Origin: an uncultured archaeon
GTDB taxonomy: Archaea; Asgardarchaeota; Lokiarchaeia; Sigyniarchaeales; SOKP01
Assembly (NCBI GenBank): GCA_964508365.1
Contig: CAZDTP010000019.1
Location: 1-63,660, forward strand
Length of the DNA: 63,660 nucleotides
Reading direction: 5' to 3'
A model generated the notes under the pieces. That model saw nothing but the letters and a program-made list of their open reading frames with translations, had not been told where the DNA came from and ran no database searches. Positions 56,589 through 63,660 of this stretch are shown here, piece by piece. A program made the position numbers and the translations under genes. The stretch's first letter is position 1. Every line of letters begins with the position of its first letter.

Positions 56589-57080
56589 ATGGATATAATA
56601 AAGGGGTATGCGTATATTCTGGAAGATGACATTAGCACTGATGATATCGTCCCAAGTCATACTCTAACGATGAGAGATTCTAATGATATGGTTAAACACA
56701 CATTAGAATTCATAGACCCGTATTTTTCTAAAAATGTTGACAAAGGAAATATCATTATCGCTGGAGAAAACTTTGGAACGGGTAGTTCTCGTGAAGAAGC
56801 TGTTCATGTCTTTAAGCTTTTAGGTATCAAGGCTGTTGTTGCTAGATCTTTTGCTAGAATATATTTTAGAAATCTTATGAATAACGGTATACCGGCTATT
56901 AGTTTGAAATGGGACTTAAACCAGTTTGTTAAAGAAGATGTAATAGAAATTTCATTATTAAAAGGGATTATTATTAACAAAACAAAAAATATTACACTTA
57001 ACTTTGAAAAGATTCCAAAATTTTTAATGAATATATTGGAGAGCGATGGTGTAATTAACCAACTAAAAAAAATCCTTTAA
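56589..57080 (+). CDS. leuD: 3-isopropylmalate dehydratase/homoaconitase small subunit
   Basis: DDISTD.I.P, AGENFGTGSSRE.A, SFARIYFRN..N.G. Confidence 0.92.
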   Translation: MDIIKGYAYILEDDISTDDIVPSHTLTMRDSNDMVKHTLEFIDPYFSKNVDKGNIIIAGENFGTGSSREEAVHVFKLLGIKAVVARSFARIYFRNLMNNGIPAISLKWDLNQFVKEDVIEISLLKGIIINKTKNITLNFEKIPKFLMNILESDGVINQLKKIL

Positions 57081-57186
57081 AATCTTTCCTTAAATACTCT
57101 ATGTGAATCGTATTACTGATTTTAGAATATTTATTACATCAACAATACACAAATTCTTATCAGAAAATTTAGATCAAAAAAGATGT

Positions 57187-57450
57187 TTACCCTTTTTCAT
57201 ATATTATTCCTGTACCGCCTGATGGATAATGAAATTCAATGGCATCAGCTTCACAAACTTGATAACACGCAGCACATTCTAAACATCTCTCTTTATAATC
57301 TTCTGAAATAGAAATTGTAATGTCGTTCTTACGCCATAAATTAGCTACACAAACCAGAATGCATTGCCCGCATCTATTACATTTATTTTGATCAATAAAT
57401 ATAAAATCCTTTGTACCAGGTATGTGTTTTGTTAAACCATTGGATTTCAT
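57187..57450 (-). CDS. Ferredoxin (FixX-like, 2x[4Fe-4S])
   Basis: CNRCGQC...C and CLECAAC...C; ATGA overlap with the upstream oxidoreductase. Confidence 0.9.
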   Translation of the reverse strand: MKSNGLTKHIPGTKDFIFIDQNKCNRCGQCILVCVANLWRKNDITISISEDYKERCLECAACYQVCEADAIEFHYPSGGTGIIYEKG

Positions 57451-58853
57451 GTATTATCCCTCCTTGGTTTTTTTTTCTTAGGAACTAAATCCATTACCTT
57501 AGGAATTACAGCCATTAATTTCTGAGGATCCATCATTTTATCAAGATCTTCCTCAAAAATTTTTGCTACAAGTGGAAAGACATATTTCATAATGAAGGGT
57601 AGAGCTTTAGGCATGTATGATTTAATTTGGGATGCTATCTGTCGAACTCGCTTTGCATGTGGTTGAGACCAATCATATATTCCTCCCATTACCTCCATAA
57701 ACATTGGAACAAACCAAGACATCGTTTCTTGTGGACTGAAAGGGAGTGCTTTCCATAAATTATATAATTCTTCTCCAGTTTCGAATTCCTCACCAATACT
57801 TGTATTTTTCCAGACTTTGTCATATTTTGAGAGAAAGTTTTTTGAAAAATCTTCAGAGGTGATTGCTTCTGCTGCTACTTCTGCTGCAGCTTTCCCAGTT
57901 ACCATAGCAGGGTATATTCCTTCAGCTTCAAGTGGACAAGGAAATCCTCCTGCATCCCCTATTAAGATAATTCCATCAGTGTGCGTATTATATGGATATT
58001 TTAACCACGGAAGGAGGTGAGATTGAAGTTCTCTTGGTTTGGCATTCAATATTCTTAATAATCGTTGATAATATTTTAGGTTTATTACGCGATTTAGATA
58101 ATATAATGGATTCTTATCCCATTTATTTAACCAATTACCAAGACCTTGATGAAATCCATCATGAAAGAATACTTGATAAGAAGCTGGAAAAATTGCAGAC
58201 CACCATACTGCCAGAGTTTCATCTCCCATGATATCATCAATTTTTTCAGGACTTGCTTGAAAATCATATTGAGGTACTACTGTAATTTGATCTTGTGCCC
58301 ATTTAGTTCTTAATCCACTTTGTTTTGCAACCATCGAAACTGCTCCATCAGCTCCAATAACGATAGGTGCTTGATATTTATTATTATGCTCATCAATTAC
58401 ACCACAAACCTTGCCATCCTTTTTCAAGAGATCAATAATTAAAGTTGATGTTTTTAATTCAGCACCAGCATCGATAGCAAACTCTGCAACCCAAGGATCA
58501 AATTCACTTCGGTAACAATTCATTGTAATCCAACTTTTTGCTGGTTCATATGAAACTGACTCGGTGGGACGAGCCATTACATAACCAGCAACAACACCCT
58601 CCTGATTGATGAAATAATTTCGAGCAGCAGAACCTGCTCTCATAGAAGGACATTTTTCTGGTGTTAGTTCCTTCATCATACTTGGAAAATCCTTCCACAT
58701 CCTAGGACCTAAACCACATCCTGATGAATTTTTTTCACCTGGTTTTCGCCCACGTTCAAAAAAAATTGTTTTTAAACCCAAATCAGCTGCGATTTTTGCT
58801 GACATTGAACCTCCAGGACCAGCACCAACAATTATTATATCATAAGTGTTCAT
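57447..58853 (-). CDS. Geranylgeranyl-reductase/FixC-family FAD oxidoreductase
   Basis: IIVGAGPGG, YRSEFD, IGADG, LIGDAGG...EGI..AM..G. Confidence 0.88.
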   Translation of the reverse strand: MNTYDIIIVGAGPGGSMSAKIAADLGLKTIFFERGRKPGEKNSSGCGLGPRMWKDFPSMMKELTPEKCPSMRAGSAARNYFINQEGVVAGYVMARPTESVSYEPAKSWITMNCYRSEFDPWVAEFAIDAGAELKTSTLIIDLLKKDGKVCGVIDEHNNKYQAPIVIGADGAVSMVAKQSGLRTKWAQDQITVVPQYDFQASPEKIDDIMGDETLAVWWSAIFPASYQVFFHDGFHQGLGNWLNKWDKNPLYYLNRVINLKYYQRLLRILNAKPRELQSHLLPWLKYPYNTHTDGIILIGDAGGFPCPLEAEGIYPAMVTGKAAAEVAAEAITSEDFSKNFLSKYDKVWKNTSIGEEFETGEELYNLWKALPFSPQETMSWFVPMFMEVMGGIYDWSQPHAKRVRQIASQIKSYMPKALPFIMKYVFPLVAKIFEEDLDKMMDPQKLMAVIPKVMDLVPKKKKPRRDNT

Positions 58854-59062
58854 AAGTTCACACGAATTAATTAAATTTCGTTTTCAAAAAGATATATTAT
58901 AATATATCTTTATTTTAATCTCTATTTAAAATTCACTATATTCGAACAATCAAAACATCTCTGAGGAGGATTTAACAAACGAAAAGAAGCTGTTAAATCA
59001 AAAAAAAGAATCGAAAAATTAATTCGCAATTGTTAATAATCCAGAATAATTTCAAGGAACCG

Positions 59063-59599
59063 TTATTTTGATAAATTTTCTATTTCTTTTTGAATAGTTT
59101 CAATTCTTTCTTTAGCCTTGGTAAGTATCTGAGTCTTTCCATATTTGGAAAACCACTTTTCAAATCTCTGTTCTATCGAAACATCCTTTGTACCAGCTAT
59201 ATGTTTATCAGCAAGACAGATGATCTTTTCCTCAAGAGTTAATGGCATATAATCTCTTTCTGGTAGCCCTACTTGTTTGGCATCTTCTTTATCTAACCCT
59301 CCTAACATATGAGTTTCACATATTCTCGAGAGACGCTTTGAAAACCCTCTTTCTTTTAGAATCTTAGCTCCAATTATACCGTGTTTGAAACCATGAGTTT
59401 TAGATCTGCCAATATCGTGTAAAATCCCTCCAATTTCAATTAAGTCTTTATCAACGTCTCTCTCATCCATTTTTTCTGCTAATTCTAATGCTTTTTCCGC
59501 AACCTTTAAAGAATGACGCCTTACATGATAAGGAACTTTCAATGTTTTTAATAAATCAAAAGCAAAATCGCTATTAGGTAGAGTTTCTTCACTTACCAT
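59063..59599 (-). CDS. HD-domain protein (archaeal TIGR00295-like)
   Basis: HSLKV, LHDIGRS.TH...H...GA, ETH..GG, EEKII..AD. Confidence 0.88.
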   Translation of the reverse strand: MVSEETLPNSDFAFDLLKTLKVPYHVRRHSLKVAEKALELAEKMDERDVDKDLIEIGGILHDIGRSKTHGFKHGIIGAKILKERGFSKRLSRICETHMLGGLDKEDAKQVGLPERDYMPLTLEEKIICLADKHIAGTKDVSIEQRFEKWFSKYGKTQILTKAKERIETIQKEIENLSK

Positions 59600-59747
59600 T
59601 AATCTTTAAGAATTAATTATTTACTTTAAGGTTTAGTTAATACATTAAAAACATCACAGAAGATTTATATAGAATCAAATCAGAAATATTATTTAGACAA
59701 AAATTTTTACATCATTAAAAAATTTTTATAATGATTTAAGGGTAAAA

Positions 59748-62738
59748 ATGATGAAAATCCATAAAGTGATAACTATTTCTTTACTAGTAAGTGTTTTTTT
59801 TATTCTATGCATTAATGTGAATTATAGTAATAACCCACAGAATTCAATTAAAGATACTCAATTACAAAATGAAAATATAAATCATACAGAACCATTAAAT
59901 TCCAAAGAACTAAATTTTGATTTACCAAAATCATCCTCTTCATTAAATTCAAAAAATGCCTATGCTATCGTCGTAGGTATATCAGATTATCCCGGAACCA
60001 GCTCGGATTTATCATATTGTGATGATGACGCTCTAGACATTTATTCGATGTTGATTAATGATTTCAATTTTAAATCTGAAAACGTGTATTACTTTCAAGA
60101 TTCAAGTGCGTCAAAAGCAGCCATAAGCAATGCATTTGACCAAATTGCCTCTATCATTAGCGGTGATGACATATTTTTCTTTTATTACTCTGGACATGGT
60201 GGCGCTAGAACTTCAAGTTCTGGAATTCAGAGTTACTCGATAGATTCACCTCATCCGTATTCAAATTACTATGATCACATGTGGAATATTTATCGATCAG
60301 GTGCTGTTTATATGAGGGTACATTTTGATCATTTTGACCTTGAATATGATTATGATTATGTTTATCTTGGAGACACTGATTTAGCTTCTGGATGGTATTA
60401 TGAGGGTTATACAGGATATAGTACCGGGTTTTGGTCAGGATGGATTCCCCTTTTAAGTGATAATAGACTTTATGTAAGAATGGTTACTGATTACTCAATT
60501 ACGGAATGGGGATTTAGCATCGATTACTACGAAGCTGAGACGCCTGATGGAACCCACTTCTTATGTTCTTATGATTCTATTCCCAGTACACCAAGTAATT
60601 ATTATACGGATGCTTTACTCGATTCAAAACTAGATCAATTAAATTGTTCTGAGAAATATGTGGTGTTAGATGCTTGTAATACAGGTGGAATGATACCTGA
60701 AGTACAGGAAATTGGGAGGTATATTATGACCGCTTGTCGAGATGATGAATTTAGTTTAGAATCCACATCATTGCAGCATGGTGTTTTTACGAATTTTTTC
60801 CTCAAATCTTTTGAATCAGCAACTGACTCTAACGCAGATGGGGTAATTTCTATGGAAGAGAGTTATTCATACACCTCGTCTAATACGATTAGTTATTCTG
60901 GAGGTGTCGGTTATACTCATCATCCTCAACAATATGATGGAATAAGTGGAGAATCAGTTCTTTTTACTACCTTCGGGGCTTTAACATTAACCCCCTTAGG
61001 AAACTCATTATCTTATTCTTTTCATATGTATGGAACAGGATTAATTGAAGAATTAAATATCCTAGTCTGTAATGTTTCACAGACTACTACTTTCCTCATT
61101 GAAGATTTAACAGAGAATCCTGCTTCAAATACAGGTTTTGGGTATTATTCAGATACAATACAATTGAATGGTGTTGCAGGGATCTCTGGATATGGTATTT
61201 TTGCTCGGATTAATGGCAATGAAGTTATACTGTTAAACAATACTGTATCAGACGATACTGATTCAGATTCGCTTGATGATGTTTTGGAAATAATGTTCGG
61301 CCTTAATGCTTCCAATCCAGATAGCGATTCAGATGGATTAGATGATTATGTTGAGTTCTATAGTGCAACAGATCCCCTTTCTAATGATACTGATAATGAT
61401 GGATTATTGGATGGGGAGGAAGTATTAATTTATTTTACAAATGCAACAAACGCAGATACTGACAATGATTTATTATCTGACGGAAATGAAGTGCTAATTT
61501 TCTCTACTAACCCATTGAACCCAGATACAGAAGGTGATGGCATGGATGATTATTATGAAGTGTCATATAATTTAGATCCGTTATTTAATGATGCGAGTTT
61601 AGATCCTGATAATGATGGTTTAATCAATTTAATTGAATGTCAATGTGGAACTAATCCACACCTTTCAGATAGTGACGGAGATTCTATGACAGATTACTAT
61701 GAATATAATTGCAATTTAAACCCATTACTTGACGATGCAAATTTAGATTATGATAATGACGGATTAAGTAATTTACTAGAATTTCACTTAAATTCCTTAG
61801 CAAACGATACAGATTCTGACGATGATTTAATGCCCGATCTTTGGGAGTATAATAACGGATTAGATTTAGCTTTTAATGATGCGAGTTTAGATGCCGATAA
61901 CGATGGATTGAACAATTTTAACGAACTTCAAACTCAAACAAACCCTAACAATCCAGATACAGATGCTGATGGCTTATTTGATGGATTAGAAATTTCTGTC
62001 TATTTTACAGACCCTTTAAATCCAGATACAGATGGAGATGGATATTCTGATGGAATTGAGGTTCAATGGGGAGCTGATCCATTAGATCCAAAAATATCGT
62101 TAAATACAATCGTCTTTAACATTGCAGGTATTGTAATCCTTGCGAGTTTAAGTGGTTTTGTTGTTCGTACTACTCTTACTAATAAGAAACAAAAAGCTAT
62201 AACCAAAACCAAAAAAGATAAATTGAAAATCGTTAAGAAGCCAAAAGTTTATAACGTTGTAAAAGTAGAAAAGAAATTCAAGCCAAAACCAAAACCTTCC
62301 CCTTATCCCAAGAGTTCATATGCTCAAAGTTATAGTCGACCTAGCTATACTCAGACTAGACCAAGATACGGATCAACCAATGTTGAATTTAAAAAAATTA
62401 TAGATTTAATTCAATATGGATTACCTCCACCAAAATCTATATATTCAGCAGAAGGTAAAAAAGCTCAAAACATTGCTAATATTGCTTTTAGATACATTGA
62501 CCAAGGCAGATTTACAGATGGATTTAATAACATGATGAGTGCTTTAATTATGGGAGTACCTGAACCAATGAATAGCCGTATTAAACTGATTATGTTAAAA
62601 TCATTGGGACAATTTTCAAGAGATTCACAGCCAATAACTACAATACAAAAATCCAGCAATACTAAGAAATGCAGTTGGTGCGGAAAAGAAAATAAAATAA
62701 ATAATAAGTTTTGTTTAAATTGTGGGAGGGGTTTTTGA
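59748..62738 (+). CDS. Membrane-anchored caspase-family (C14) protease with CUB-like insert, Ca-binding DxDxDG repeats, TM helix and C-terminal zinc ribbon
   Basis: AIVVGISDY, YYSGH150G and VLDAC310; SPHPY...FDLE..YDYV....TDYS....GF insert; repeats; TM IVFNIAGIVILASLSGFVV; CSWCG..CLNCG. Confidence 0.8.
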   Translation: MMKIHKVITISLLVSVFFILCINVNYSNNPQNSIKDTQLQNENINHTEPLNSKELNFDLPKSSSSLNSKNAYAIVVGISDYPGTSSDLSYCDDDALDIYSMLINDFNFKSENVYYFQDSSASKAAISNAFDQIASIISGDDIFFFYYSGHGGARTSSSGIQSYSIDSPHPYSNYYDHMWNIYRSGAVYMRVHFDHFDLEYDYDYVYLGDTDLASGWYYEGYTGYSTGFWSGWIPLLSDNRLYVRMVTDYSITEWGFSIDYYEAETPDGTHFLCSYDSIPSTPSNYYTDALLDSKLDQLNCSEKYVVLDACNTGGMIPEVQEIGRYIMTACRDDEFSLESTSLQHGVFTNFFLKSFESATDSNADGVISMEESYSYTSSNTISYSGGVGYTHHPQQYDGISGESVLFTTFGALTLTPLGNSLSYSFHMYGTGLIEELNILVCNVSQTTTFLIEDLTENPASNTGFGYYSDTIQLNGVAGISGYGIFARINGNEVILLNNTVSDDTDSDSLDDVLEIMFGLNASNPDSDSDGLDDYVEFYSATDPLSNDTDNDGLLDGEEVLIYFTNATNADTDNDLLSDGNEVLIFSTNPLNPDTEGDGMDDYYEVSYNLDPLFNDASLDPDNDGLINLIECQCGTNPHLSDSDGDSMTDYYEYNCNLNPLLDDANLDYDNDGLSNLLEFHLNSLANDTDSDDDLMPDLWEYNNGLDLAFNDASLDADNDGLNNFNELQTQTNPNNPDTDADGLFDGLEISVYFTDPLNPDTDGDGYSDGIEVQWGADPLDPKISLNTIVFNIAGIVILASLSGFVVRTTLTNKKQKAITKTKKDKLKIVKKPKVYNVVKVEKKFKPKPKPSPYPKSSYAQSYSRPSYTQTRPRYGSTNVEFKKIIDLIQYGLPPPKSIYSAEGKKAQNIANIAFRYIDQGRFTDGFNNMMSALIMGVPEPMNSRIKLIMLKSLGQFSRDSQPITTIQKSSNTKKCSWCGKENKINNKFCLNCGRGF
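61251..62095 (+). repeat. Thrombospondin type-3-like Ca-binding peptide repeats (DxDxDGLxDxxE...NPLxxD), roughly a dozen units
   Basis: DTDSDSLDD, DSDSDGLDD, DTDNDGLLD, DTDNDLLSD, DTEGDGMDD, DPDNDGL, DSDGDSMTD, DYDNDGL, DSDDDLMPD, DADNDGL, DTDADGLFD, DTDGDGYSD. Confidence 0.85.
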
Positions 62739-63584
62739 ATGACAATTTCAAGCGAAATTAAGGAACAGGTGAAGTACGATTCTTATCGCAACATATTAGA
62801 ATTTAAAGATTTCACCGAAATATACTTTCCACACATTTGTATAATCTGTAGAAACCACACTGATAAACATATCGTAAAAAATTTATATGGGTTATATGAG
62901 TCTAATAAAGACTACAAGAAGGATTTTACATTTTCCTTACCTGTATGTGATTCCTGTAGAAATAATATTGAAATGAAAACTGGACTTTCAAGTAAGAGTG
63001 GTAAATTGCTTCTAATGTCAATTATTCTTGGCTCGATAATAGCCATTCTTTTATTTTTAACCCTCAATTCAATTTTGTTAAGTATAAGTATATTAGCCAT
63101 TTTTATAACATTGCCAGCTCGAAACTATATGATTAAAACGAAACCAAAAATAAATTTCGATAATCATTTAAAGATTCAGATTAAATTTAAGAATCCTGAT
63201 GTTGTTGAATTCGAATTTTCTGACAAAGAATATGCAAAATCTTTAGAAGAAATAAATTTATCACAGATAAAACTTAAACAGGAACAAGAAGCTAAAATAA
63301 AACAGGAACAAGAAGCTAAATTAAAACAGGAACAAGAAGCTAAAATAAAACAAGAACTAGAGAATAGAAAAATCCCACAACAAATACCAGAAATCACCGA
63401 ACCACAGCAAATTGAGGAAAATATAGAAAATGAAAAAAGCCCAGTAGAAATAACCATAACCGAACCTGTAAGCGGGGAAAATAATAACAAAGAACAAAGA
63501 AAAACTTGTTCAAAATGCAAAATGGAAGTTAAATCTGAATGGGTATTTTGCGATAATTGTGGTGCTCCTTTGAATAAAAATTAA
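62739..63584 (+). CDS. Zinc-binding two-TM protein with KQEQEAKI repeats and C-terminal zinc ribbon
   Basis: CIIC...CDSC, two TM helices, tandem repeats, CSKC...CDNCG; starts 1 nt after the caspase-like gene. Confidence 0.75.
   Translation: MTISSEIKEQVKYDSYRNILEFKDFTEIYFPHICIICRNHTDKHIVKNLYGLYESNKDYKKDFTFSLPVCDSCRNNIEMKTGLSSKSGKLLLMSIILGSIIAILLFLTLNSILLSISILAIFITLPARNYMIKTKPKINFDNHLKIQIKFKNPDVVEFEFSDKEYAKSLEEINLSQIKLKQEQEAKIKQEQEAKLKQEQEAKIKQELENRKIPQQIPEITEPQQIEENIENEKSPVEITITEPVSGENNNKEQRKTCSKCKMEVKSEWVFCDNCGAPLNKN
63276..63356 (+). repeat. 24-bp in-frame tandem repeat x3.4 (aaacaggaacaagaagctaaa[a/t]ta)
   Basis: Units at 63276, 63300 and 63324 plus a partial unit; encodes KQEQEAK(I/L). 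Confidence 0.92.
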
Positions 63585-63658
63585 TAAACTTCTTCATATG
63601 GTCCACTGATAAAACCTCCTATTAAACCTCCAATAACAGCGCCTAGAATAGCGCTTAG
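63581..63658 (-). CDS. 3' end of a membrane protein gene continuing beyond the window
   Basis: Reads LSAILGAVIGGLIGGFISGPYEEVY* (GxxxG-rich TM helix). Confidence 0.6.
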   Translation of the reverse strand, partial: LSAILGAVIGGLIGGFISGPYEEVY

Positions 63659-63660
63659 GA

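Noticed and set aside
58961-58999. Hammerhead ribozyme core (CTGAGGA...CGAAA)
   Set aside because: Stem II is not properly paired and no stem I/III partners or UH site are found; the sequence is better explained by a simple GATTTAACA/TGTTAAATC inverted repeat.
63276-63356. CRISPR array
   Set aside because: Units are contiguous with no spacers and lie in frame within a CDS.
1-63660. Selenoprotein genes (in-frame UGA) and SECIS elements
   Set aside because: The TGA-terminated ORFs I examined end at family-typical lengths or in ATGA overlaps, with no homology-like continuation; no convincing SECIS hairpin was recognised by eye.

Overview
AT-rich archaeal chromosome segment, almost certainly from a Lokiarchaeia (Asgard) genome. 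This rests on Vps28, roadblock/longin-like proteins, a Loki-CTERM-like tail, archaeal ribosomal genes and selenocysteine machinery. Core content: selB; tRNA-Sec next to SepSecS; rtcA; rpl34e-cmk-rpl14e-tRNA-Ser; rpl11-rpl1-rplP0-rpl12-secY-DUF106; adk; aroD/aroK/aroE/tyrA; tmk; a leuCD-like pair; and a GGR-family oxidoreductase with a ferredoxin. All three tRNA genes are interrupted, with 5 introns in total: tRNA-Sec has an anticodon and a T-loop intron, a eukaryote-like tRNA-Ile(UAU) has a D-loop and an anticodon intron, and tRNA-Ser(GGA) has one. A ~9 kb accessory island (~11.45-20.3 kb) ends at the 3' end of tRNA-Ile. It carries a 982-aa TPR protein with a C-terminal HEPN-like RNxxxH motif (candidate defence effector), a degenerate HerA-like ATPase, a transposase stub, and a 5'-truncated nuclease-tipped ORF followed by a small partner gene (candidate orphan polymorphic toxin/immunity pair). 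Other points of interest: a receptor-like caspase-family protease with a CUB-like insert between its His and Cys, a Yip1-Vps28 pair, two LITAF-like proteins, a CdvA-like coiled coil, a reversed Nudix-NadM fusion, and at least two genes that appear to need an ATA start codon. All family assignments are by motif recognition; no database searches were run. No rRNA, CRISPR array or selenoprotein gene was seen.
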